This document shows positions 51,803-60,422 of a stretch of 64,000 nt of DNA, in pieces. The stretch comes from Phycisphaerae bacterium (GTDB lineage Bacteria; Planctomycetota; Phycisphaerae; UBA1845; Fen-1342). The stretch spans positions 1 through 64,000 of the forward strand of contig CAXXTC010000007.1 in the NCBI GenBank assembly GCA_963666925.2. The letters are read 5' to 3'. The translations under genes and the position numbers were made by a program. Under the pieces are notes generated by a model that was not told the origin of the DNA, ran no database searches, and saw only the letters and a list, made by a program, of their open reading frames with translations. Each line of letters begins with the position of its first letter. The stretch's first letter is position 1.

Positions 51803-52873
51803 ATGCAGTTTCTGGAGCAGTTTTTCGGAAATCTGGGAGTGCACTGCTCAAGAGCAGTGGCCCCCGAATGCCGCCATTGGGGAATCCAACACCTCAGAGC
51901 AGTGGCACCCAGATGCATCCCCGCCGTGTTGCTAGTGTTTCTGGCGCTGGTCGGTGTCATGCCGGCGGCGGCGCAGCAGTATGAGTATGAGCGGCCGGTG
52001 TCGGCGGCGCCGACGCCGGAGGATATTGGCGAGGGTTACGCGATTCCGCAGGTTCAGTTTCACCCGCCGCGGGCGCAGTGGCGCGAGGCTCTGGACGTCG
52101 GCGTGCTGCTGGTGGGGTTGGGGCTGACGGCGCTGGTCGTGCTGAAATGGCGCAGCCGATGGGCGCTGGTGCTGATCGTGATCGGCTCGCTGGTGTATTT
52201 CGGGTTTTATCGCCAGGGGTGTATTTGCTCGATCGGGGCGATTCAGAACGTGGTGGCAACACTGGCCGACCCGCAGGCGGTGTTGTCGTGGTACGTGATC
52301 GCGTTTTTCTTTTTGCCATTGATCGCGGCACTCTTTTTCGGGCGGGTTTTCTGTGGCGGCGTGTGTCCGTTGGGGGCGGCGCAGGAGCTGATATTGGTCA
52401 GGCCGATGATTGTGCCGCGGCTGTTGGACCAAGTGCTGAGCTGGGGCAAGTGGGTTTACCTGGGGCTGGCGATCTACTTCGCGGCCCGGCCGGCAGCGGA
52501 GCGCGACTTTATCATTTGCCGATTTGATCCGTTCGTCGGGTTTTTCAGGCTCAGCGGCCCGCTGGACATCATGCTTCTGGGCGCGGGACTACTGCTGTTG
52601 GGGATGTTCATTGGCCGGCCGTACTGCCGCTGGCTGTGCCCGTATGGGGCGCTGCTGTCGCTGTGCTCGCGGCTGAGTTGGCGGAACGTGACGATTACGC
52701 CGGACAAAGAGCTGGATTGCGGACTGTGTGCCGAGGCGTGTCCATACGGTGCGATCCGCGATTTGCGGGCCGACCTGGCAACGTGCGTGGCATGCGCGCG
52801 GTGTTATGACAAGTGCCCGCGACACCGCGTGCAACGCACCGGCGGGCAGGCGCCGGCGGGGGATGCGCCATGA
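51803..52873 (+). CDS. Membrane 4Fe-4S-binding protein (NapH/MauN-like); start uncertain
   Basis: Multiple TMs; FCGGVCP and YCRWLCP motifs; C-terminal CGLCAEACP and CVACARCYDKCP. Confidence 0.85.
   Translation: MQFLEQFFGNLGVHCSRAVAPECRHWGIQHLRAVAPRCIPAVLLVFLALVGVMPAAAQQYEYERPVSAAPTPEDIGEGYAIPQVQFHPPRAQWREALDVGVLLVGLGLTALVVLKWRSRWALVLIVIGSLVYFGFYRQGCICSIGAIQNVVATLADPQAVLSWYVIAFFFLPLIAALFFGRVFCGGVCPLGAAQELILVRPMIVPRLLDQVLSWGKWVYLGLAIYFAARPAAERDFIICRFDPFVGFFRLSGPLDIMLLGAGLLLLGMFIGRPYCRWLCPYGALLSLCSRLSWRNVTITPDKELDCGLCAEACPYGAIRDLRADLATCVACARCYDKCPRHRVQRTGGQAPAGDAP
51842..51908 (-). repeat. Two REP-A copies
   Basis: CACTGCTCAAGAGCAGTGGC (51842-51861) and CTCAGAGCAGTGGCAC (51893-51908). Confidence 0.75.
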
Positions 52874-55738
52874 GGCGGGCGCTCGCGCGCTTGGTGGCGA
52901 TCGTATTTACAGCGGCCGGCGCGTTGGGCGTGGTCGTGATCGGCGGCTGGCTGACGCTCGATGCGATCGACGCAAGCTATCGGCGAACCGTGCAGGATGC
53001 TCAACTGGACGTGCTGAATAAGCAGGCCGAGAGCGATCCGACACGGGCGCCGGTGTTGCAAGAGGTGTTTGAGACGCATACGGCGTGGGAGGTGGCGCGG
53101 GATCAACGCGTGGAGCGGCTGGCGTGGGCGCTGCTGGGCGCGACGGCGCTGTTGGTCGTGTCGGGCAAGTGGCTGCACGGATTGCGGCGGACGGGGGCGA
53201 TGGTGCCGGCGGATGTGCGGGCCCGCTGCGCGGTAGATGCGGTTGAAAACCATTCCGAAGCTGTGGTGCCGATTCGTTGCCAATCCGACGCACCGGTTGA
53301 AAACCGGTGCCACAAAGAATCTGGACAAGTGGCCGCACCGCCAGTGGACGATGCCAGCGATGTTGACATTGCGGAGGTGGATGCGCTGATTGCGTGCGTG
53401 GGGACGGCGGCGGATCGGGCGATTCCGCTTTTGCACGCGTTGCAGGAGAGGTTTCGTTATCTGCCGACGGCAGCGCTGCGGCGGATCTGTGAGCGGACCG
53501 CGATCACGCCGGCGCAACTGGCGAGCGTGGCGTCGTTTTACCCACAGTTTCGACGCACGCCACGCGGCGAGCACCTGATCACGGTCTGTCATGGGACGGC
53601 GTGTCATGTGGCGGGTGCGGAGCGCTTGACGGATGAACTTCGGCGGCAACTGCGGATCGGGCCGGGGGCAGATACGGATGCGCGGCGCGAATTCACGATC
53701 CAGGAGGTGCCGTGCTTGGGGTGCTGCACGCTGGCGCCGGTAGTGCAGACGGACGGCGTGACGCACGGACACGTGTCGGCCAATGAATTGGGCGATTTGA
53801 TTCACGAGTGCCGGTGTACGGGCGACGGGGGCCGGCGTGAGGTTGAGGCAAGCGCGGCGAGCACATCTGACGATCAGGAATCTGAGCCGGCTGGTGAGAT
53901 TCGGCTCGGGATGGGGTCGTGCTGCGTAGCGAATGGCAGCGGCGCGGTGCACGATGCGTTGGAGGCGGCACTGGCACAGACGCGGATCGACGCGACGGTG
54001 AAACGCGTCGGCTGCGTGGGGATGTGTCACCAGACGCCATTCGTCGAGATCCGCCGACCTGGGCATGAGCCCGTGATGTACAGCCATGTGCGGGCGGAGC
54101 AGGCGGGTGCGATAGTGCGGCGTCATTTCCGGTCGCAGTCGTCGGCAGCTTGGCTGCGCAACGCGCTCGTCGGTACGCTTGACAGTCTGCGCGACGGGCG
54201 GGATGGTCGCGTGTCGCCGGAGTGTATTGAACTGCGTGATCCGCCGGTGGCGGCGTTTCTAGGCCCACAGGAACACATCGCGACCGAGCATCGCGGCGTG
54301 CTGGATCCGCTCGACCTGGATGAGTATGAGCGGCACGAGGGATTCGCGGCCCTGCGCCGGGCGGTGGGGATGAAGCCTGACCAGATCGTGGCCGAGATTC
54401 GCACGAGCGGGTTGCGCGGACGCGGCGGGGCGGGTTTTCCGACGGCACAGAAATGGCAAATCGTGCAGCAGGCGGCCGGTCCGGCGAAATACATCATCTG
54501 TAATGGCGACGAGGGCGACCCCGGCGCGTTCATGGATCGGATGTTGATGGAGTCGTATCCGTATCGGATTCTCGAAGGGGTCGCGATTGCGGCACTGGCG
54601 ACGGGTGCGGCCGAGGCGGTGTTCTACATTCGGGCGGAGTATCCGCTGGCGGTGAAGCGGATTGAGGCGGCGATTGCGGAATGTGAGCGGCGCGGGATTC
54701 TGGGTGACGAACCTGCTCGGCAGCGGGCGGGGGCTGCGCGTGCGCGTAGTGCACGGGGCGGGGGCGTTTGTGTGTGGCGAGGAGACGGCGTTGATCGCGT
54801 CGCTCGAAGGGGCAGCGCGGGGTCGCCGCGGCTGCGACCACCCTATCCGGCCGAGCGCGGGCTGCATGATCGACCGACATTGGGAAACAACGTCGAGACG
54901 TTCGCTGTGGTGCCGTGGATTCTGCGGCATGGTGGGTCGGCGTTTGCGGCACTCGGCACGGAGCGCAGCAGTGGCACGAAGGTGTTTGCGCTGGCGGGGA
55001 AGGTTGCGCGGGGCGGGCTGATCGAGGTGCCGATGGGAATCACCATTCGGCAGATCGTTCGAGGAGATCGGCGGCGGGATTCGGGCTGAGGAGACGGCGG
55101 CGGGTGTGCGGCAACATGCGTTCAAGGCGGTGCAGATCGGCGGGCCGTCGGGTGGGTGTGTGCCGGCGCACCTGGCGGATACGCCGGTGGATTATGAGAA
55201 GCTGGCCGAACGCGGCGCGATCATGGGGTCGGGCGGGCTGGTCGTGCTCGATGAGACCGACTGCATGGTGGACATGGCGCGGTATTTTCTGAGCTTTACG
55301 CAGGCGCAGTCGTGTGGGAAGTGCACGCCGTGCCGGGTGGGGACGCGGCGCATGCTGGAAATACTCGAGCGGCTGTGCGGCGGGACGGGGCGCGCGAATG
55401 ATCTGGAAACGCTGGAGAGCCTGGCGCATACGGTGCAGGTGGCCAGCTTGTGTGGACTCGGACAGACGGCGCCGAACCCGGTGTTGACAACGCTGCGATA
55501 TTTTCGCGAGGAATATGAGGCGCATCTGCGCGGCGAGTGTCCGGCGGGGGAATGTGCGGCGTTGGTGCAGTATGAGGTGACGGAGGAATGTACCGGGTGC
55601 ACGTTGTGTGCACAGAGCTGTCCGGTGGGTGCGATTGAGCTGCGGCCGTACTTGCGGCACGCGATTGATATGGAGAAGTGCACGCGGTGCGATGCGTGCC
55701 GGGTGGCGTGTCCGGAAGGGGCGATACGGGTGAGCTGA
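52870..55738 (+). CDS. Membrane-anchored NuoE-NuoF (HydC-HydB-like) fusion, apparent frameshifts near 54709, 54810-54822 and 55059
   Basis: Two N-terminal TMs; [56 protein letters not shown] (in the shifted frame); [17 protein letters not shown]; 2x[4Fe-4S] tail. Confidence 0.88.
53243..53330 (-). repeat. Family-B element lying in-frame within the NuoEF-like CDS
   Basis: CACCGGTTGAAAACCGGTGCCACA at 53291-53314, with flanks similar to 26627-26718. Confidence 0.8.
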
Positions 55739-56418
55739 TGGTGCGTGTGGTTGTTGATGGTCGCGAGGTGGCGGTGACGCCGGGAAGCACGGTGCTGGCG
55801 GCGGCGCGGAAACTGGGGATTGACATACCGGCGTTGTGTTTTTTGCCGGGAAATGCGGCGAATACGGCGTGCATGGCGTGCGTGGTGCGGCGGGTGGACG
55901 ATGGGCTGATGGTGCCGGCGTGTGCAACGGAGGCGACCGACGGGCTCGAGGTGGAGAGCGAAAGCGAACGCGTGCGTGCGGTGCGGCGGACCGTGCTGGA
56001 ATTGTTGTTGAGCGATCATGTGTGCGAGGCGCGCGAAGGGGCAACGGGTTCGGCGGATGATGCGGCGCGGTATCCGGAGTGTGAATGTGCGGAGCGCGAC
56101 GTGTGCCGATTGCGCAAGTATGCGGCCGCGTATGGGGCGGATCCGCGACGGCTGGGCGGTGCGCGACGGGCGGTGGGCGGTCGGCAGGAGCATGCGGAGA
56201 TTACGTATGAGCCGAGCAAGTGCATACTTTGCGGGATTTGTGTGCAGATTTCACAGCAGGCGGGCGAGGCGGTGGGGCTGACGATGATCGGGCGGGGGTT
56301 TGAGATGCGCGTAGATGTGCCGTTGGAGGGGGAGTTTGAAGATGCGCTCGAGCGGACGGCGCGGCAATGTGCGGGGGCATGCCCGACGGGGGCGCTGACG
56401 CGGAAGGCGGGGACGTAG
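55738..56418 (+). CDS. Fe-S-only HydA/NuoG N-terminal-like subunit
   Basis: IPALC..ACMACVV..PAC [2Fe-2S]; SDHVC..CEC..C; KCILCGICV; CPTGAL. No H-cluster or molybdopterin domain. Confidence 0.85.
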   Translation: MVRVVVDGREVAVTPGSTVLAAARKLGIDIPALCFLPGNAANTACMACVVRRVDDGLMVPACATEATDGLEVESESERVRAVRRTVLELLLSDHVCEAREGATGSADDAARYPECECAERDVCRLRKYAAAYGADPRRLGGARRAVGGRQEHAEITYEPSKCILCGICVQISQQAGEAVGLTMIGRGFEMRVDVPLEGEFEDALERTARQCAGACPTGALTRKAGT

Positions 56419-56463
56419 GATCGAGGGGAAGGACGCGCGCGGCGGGCACTTGGCGGGAAATCG

Positions 56464-56483
56464 CACTGCTGACACAGTGGCAC
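56464..56483 (-). repeat. Degenerate REP-A
   Basis: CACTGCTGACACAGTGGCAC. Confidence 0.55.
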
Positions 56484-56653
56484 CGCGGTCACACACCAAG
56501 ACGTGGGCGCATCCCAGTCGTTGTTACGTTGTCACGTTGTTACGCGTCTGCACGGGCAAACATGGCACCCAGGGTGGGGTACCCAGCGCACAGGCTATTA
56601 GCCTGTGCCACACTTCGGTACCCGTACGAAGCTCAAATGGGGCGATTGCGGGG

Positions 56654-58639
56654 TCAGGATTTGTCGGCCTTTTCCAGCCAGGCTTGTTCGGCTTGGTCGA
56701 GTTCGGATTTAAGCGTGTCGAACTCGGCGCGGAGTTCGGTGAGCGAGTCCGGGTTGCGGTAGACATCGGCGTCGCCGAAACGTTCCTGCAATTTGCTCAG
56801 TTGGGCTTCGTGGTTGGCGATGAACTCCTCGAGCTCGACGAGCTTCATCTTCTGGTAGCGGGTCTTGCGCTTGGGTGGTGATTTGGTGGTGGAACGCGCG
56901 GGTTGGCCGCGTTTGGTGCGGGATGGACGGCGCGCGGCGGCGTCGGTGGCGGCCTTTTGCTGTTCGCTCTGTTCGATGTAGTAGGAATAGTTGCCGTTGT
57001 AGAGCGTGGTGTCGCCGGGGCGCATGACGAGCAGGCGATCGACGATGCGGTCGAGGAAATAGCGGTCGTGGCTGACGGTGATGATGGTGCCGGGGAAACT
57101 GGCGAGGGCTTGTTCGAGGGCTTCACGCGAGGGGATGTCGAGGTGGTTGGTGGGTTCGTCGAGGACGAGAATTTCGGGCACCGAGAGGATCAGCTTCATG
57201 AGGCGGACGCGGGATTGTTCGCCGCCGGAGAGATTGCCGACGGATTTGAAGGGCTCTTCGTCGGTGAAGAGGAAGCGGGCGGCGTAGTTGCGGGCGTCGC
57301 GTTCGAGGAAGTCGGGGCGGGCGGCGCAGATTTCCTGGATGACGGTGCGGGTCGGGTCGAGCTCGGTGGGTTCCTGGGCGAAATAGCCGAAATGGGCGGT
57401 GGGTAGCAGGTCGAGATGGCCGGCGGTGGGCTGCACGACGCGATCGGGGGCGGCATCGGAGCGGGTGGTTTTCTGGGCGGCGGTGAGGATGATGCGCAGA
57501 AGCGTGGTTTTGCCGGTGCCGTTGGGGCCGGTGATGCCGAGGCGCTGGCCGGCGTAGAGGCTCAGCGAGAGATCGGTGAAGAGCACCTTGTCGCCGTAGG
57601 TTCGGCCGAGTTCGCTGAGGCGGACGACCTCCTTGTCGGCCTGGATACGGCGCTGGGGCTGGTCGAAGCGGAGCTTGATGTTGCGTTCGGTCTGGCGCGG
57701 GGGCTCGGCGAGGAGTTCGCCGGCGGCGATGCGGCGTTCGAGGCGTTTGAGCCGGCCGCGGGCCTCGCGGTAGCGCTGGCCGTACTTGTTTTTCTCGATG
57801 AACTCGCGTTCCTTGGCGATGTATTCGCGGTCTTTTTCGTATTGGCGGCGGGCGGAAAGTTCGCGGTTGTCGCGGATTTCGAGGAAGCGGGAATAGTTGC
57901 CGGGGTAGCTGAAGACCTTGCCGCCGGCGGGGGTGGCGACGACTTCGATGATGCGCTGGGCGAGGCGGTCGAGCAGGTAGCGGTCGTGAGAGACGATCAG
58001 GGCGCCGCCGTGATGGCCGGCGAGGAATTTCTCGAGCCAGCGGACGGCGTCGATGTCGAGGTGGTTGGTGGGCTCGTCGAGGAGGAGAAACTGGCGTTCC
58101 TGGAGGAGCAGCTTGGCGAGGGCGGCGCGGCATTTCTGGCCGCCGGAGAGAGCGTTGACGGGGAGTTCGTAATCGCTGCGCGAGAAGCCGAGGCCGCCGA
58201 GGATTTCGTGGAGGCGCTGTTCGAAGCGGTACCCGCCGGCGGCTTCGAAGCGGGCGCTGAAGCGGTCGTATTGTTGCATGAGCTGGGCGGCGCGGGGGCC
58301 GTCGTGCTCGGCGGCGAGCTGGTGGCTGACGTCGTGGAGCTTGCGTTCGAGTGCGAGGAGTTCGTCGAAGGCGCTGGAGACGGCGTCGTGTAGCGTGCCG
58401 GCGTCGTCGAGGCCGGGCTCCTGGGGGAGGTAGCCGACTTCGAGTCCCTTGGAGAGGGTGACGGTGCCGATGTCGGGCTCGAAGGTGCCGGTGATGAGCC
58501 GGAAGAGCGTGGTTTTGCCGACGCCGTTGGCACCGATGATCGCGGTGGTCTCGCCGGTTTGCAGTTCGAGATCGACGTCGGCAAGGACGATCTGGGGGCC
58601 GAACTGCTTGGTGACGTTTTGCAGGCGAATGGTACCCAT
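56654..58639 (-). CDS. ABC-F family ATPase (Uup-like)
   Basis: Two cassettes (GANGVGKTT and GPNGTGKTT, LSGG, LDEPTNHLD), no TMs, C-terminal coiled coil. Confidence 0.95.
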   Translation of the reverse strand: MGTIRLQNVTKQFGPQIVLADVDLELQTGETTAIIGANGVGKTTLFRLITGTFEPDIGTVTLSKGLEVGYLPQEPGLDDAGTLHDAVSSAFDELLALERKLHDVSHQLAAEHDGPRAAQLMQQYDRFSARFEAAGGYRFEQRLHEILGGLGFSRSDYELPVNALSGGQKCRAALAKLLLQERQFLLLDEPTNHLDIDAVRWLEKFLAGHHGGALIVSHDRYLLDRLAQRIIEVVATPAGGKVFSYPGNYSRFLEIRDNRELSARRQYEKDREYIAKEREFIEKNKYGQRYREARGRLKRLERRIAAGELLAEPPRQTERNIKLRFDQPQRRIQADKEVVRLSELGRTYGDKVLFTDLSLSLYAGQRLGITGPNGTGKTTLLRIILTAAQKTTRSDAAPDRVVQPTAGHLDLLPTAHFGYFAQEPTELDPTRTVIQEICAARPDFLERDARNYAARFLFTDEEPFKSVGNLSGGEQSRVRLMKLILSVPEILVLDEPTNHLDIPSREALEQALASFPGTIITVSHDRYFLDRIVDRLLVMRPGDTTLYNGNYSYYIEQSEQQKAATDAAARRPSRTKRGQPARSTTKSPPKRKTRYQKMKLVELEEFIANHEAQLSKLQERFGDADVYRNPDSLTELRAEFDTLKSELDQAEQAWLEKADKS

Positions 58640-58721
58640 GATGACATGTTAGCACGGTGCGGGGTGGTGGAGGAAACCGATTGGGTGGCGAGTTGGGCGG
58701 GTGGTGCGTATGCTGTTGGGC

Positions 58722-59270
58722 ATGAGGAGCTGTGGGATCTGCGGGATAGCTCGGCTGGTGGGGGTGGCGTGTGTTGGCGTGGTGATTCTATCGGGCTGTT
58801 GTCGGCCGGCGGCGGACGTGGTGCTGGTGCAGCCATTTGCGGTGGCGCGGCAGCGTGAGGTGCATCTGACGGCGCGCGAGGCGTATTCGTGGCGTGACGG
58901 GGAGCGGCAGAAGTGTTTGGTGGTGTTTGCGCTGCCGGGATCGGAGTGGGGTCCGCCGGCTTATCGGCTTTATCTTGATCTGCCGGCCGGGGCGGGTGCG
59001 AGCGGTATCGGTTCTGGGGATGCGGCGGCGCGGGGGTTTTTGTTGCAGGAGACGGGGCAGTATGCCGGGCGAAGCAATCTGAGCGGCGGGTCGTTGCGGT
59101 GGCGTAAGCGGTGGCTGAGTAGCGAACTGGCACTCGTTATTGATACGACGGCGGAGGACGGGACGCGGGTGCACGGGGCGGCCCGGCTGCGGGAGCGGCC
59201 GCAATTGGTGAAGCATTTTGAGCAGCTTCACGCGGGGGATGTTGCGACGTTGCGCGGCGACGAACAGTAG
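58722..59270 (+). CDS. Hypothetical lipoprotein
   Basis: Hydrophobic leader ending in an LSGC lipobox. Confidence 0.65.
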   Translation: MRSCGICGIARLVGVACVGVVILSGCCRPAADVVLVQPFAVARQREVHLTAREAYSWRDGERQKCLVVFALPGSEWGPPAYRLYLDLPAGAGASGIGSGDAAARGFLLQETGQYAGRSNLSGGSLRWRKRWLSSELALVIDTTAEDGTRVHGAARLRERPQLVKHFEQLHAGDVATLRGDEQ

Positions 59271-59418
59271 AACCCATCTCAGAACCGTGGCACTGGGGTT
59301 TGTGGCCGGCACGACCCACCGGTTGAAAACCGGTGCCACAAGATTTTGCAGGCCGGTGCCACAGGAGCGCTGGTGCCACAGGAGCGCTGGTGCCACAGGG
59401 ATTCCAGGATAGCTTTTA
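59268..59418 (-). repeat. Family-B element with internal 17-bp tandem expansion
   Basis: CACCGGTTGAAAACCGGTG (59317-59335); GGTGCCACAGGAGCGCT x2 plus a partial unit (59355-59399); ends resemble those of the 26627 copy. Confidence 0.8.
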
Positions 59419-59423
59419 TCCCG

Positions 59424-60422
59424 CTACCAGTCGCGGGTGACGGGGTCCTGGCGGGCGGCGCGGCGGCGAGCCAACTCCTCGCGGCGGGCCTTTTCCGCAT
59501 CTCGCACCATCTGCAACAATCGCTCGGCCTGTTCACGCGTCATATCGATCGGCACTGCCTGTGATTGTTCACCGGCCGGCTGTGATTCGGCGGCGGGCTG
59601 AGTTTCAGCAGCGAGCTGCTCCTCAGACTGCTGCTCGTCAGATTGCTGTTGGTCCTGCTCATCCGACTGCTGTTCGTCCTGCTGTTGCTGTCCTTCCTGT
59701 TGCTCCGCCTGCTCGTCCTGTTGTTGGTCTTGCGCTGATTGCTGATCCTGTTGCTGGTCCGCGTCGCCGGATTGCTGTTGTTGTGACTGGTCGGGTTGGG
59801 AGTTGGATTGCTGCTGGCTTTGCTCATCCGGCAAGTTCTGCTGGTCCTGTTGATCTTGCTGATCTGATTGGCCGCCCTGCTGCTGTTGCTGTTGCTGGAG
59901 CTGTTCGAGCTGGGTTTTGAAATGCTCGGCGAGTTCGAGATTGGCGCGTGCGTCCTGGATCGCGGGGTCGAGCTGGAGTGCTTCGTGGTAGAGTTGTTGG
60001 GCAGCCTGCAAGTGTTCCAGGGCGGCCTTGAAATCCTGACCCTGGACGGCGTCGAGCGCGTCGGCATATTCACAGTTGCCGAGGTTGTAGCGCATCGGTG
60101 CTTCGAGTTGGGCGTTGCCCTGTTCGGCCAGCTTTTGCCACAGCGCACGGGCTTCGTCGCGCTGGCCGAGGTGGTAGAGAGCAGCGGCCTGGTTGTGGAG
60201 CAACTCGGGGGAATTGGCGAGGCCGGCTTCGGCCGCCTGGCGATAGAGCTCGAGGGCCTCGTCATAGTGGCCGGTCTGGTACTGCTCGTTGCCTTGCTGG
60301 ACCAGCGTTCGCGGCGGCGCGGACCAGCCCAACGAGCACAGCCCGCACAGCACGGCGACGAGCAGCGGCACGCTGTACCGGGGCGCTTGGCACAATCGGT
60401 TGTGGAGCCGACGCAGCATCAT
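59424..60422 (-). CDS. TPR protein with Gln-rich tail (BatC-like)
   Basis: YNLGN, DARANLELA, poly-Q/D/E tract, AERLL...RDW end. Confidence 0.85.
   Translation of the reverse strand: MMLRRLHNRLCQAPRYSVPLLVAVLCGLCSLGWSAPPRTLVQQGNEQYQTGHYDEALELYRQAAEAGLANSPELLHNQAAALYHLGQRDEARALWQKLAEQGNAQLEAPMRYNLGNCEYADALDAVQGQDFKAALEHLQAAQQLYHEALQLDPAIQDARANLELAEHFKTQLEQLQQQQQQQGGQSDQQDQQDQQNLPDEQSQQQSNSQPDQSQQQQSGDADQQQDQQSAQDQQQDEQAEQQEGQQQQDEQQSDEQDQQQSDEQQSEEQLAAETQPAAESQPAGEQSQAVPIDMTREQAERLLQMVRDAEKARREELARRRAARQDPVTRDW

Noticed and set aside
51772..51840. oriC at the skew switch
   Set aside because: No DnaA boxes or AT-rich element and the gap is very short; kept only as a compositional finding.
52870..56418. 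[FeFe]-hydrogenase, formate dehydrogenase or complex I annotation
   Set aside because: There are no H-cluster motifs, no molybdopterin domain and no other nuo genes; only the diaphorase and Fe-S wire are present.
59331..59400. Possible mini CRISPR array
   Set aside because: The units are 17-bp head-to-tail repeats without unique spacers, lie inside a MITE, and have no cas genes nearby.
59590..59900. CAG/CAA-rich repeat as a mobile or structural DNA repeat
   Set aside because: It encodes the Gln-rich linker usual in BatC-like proteins.
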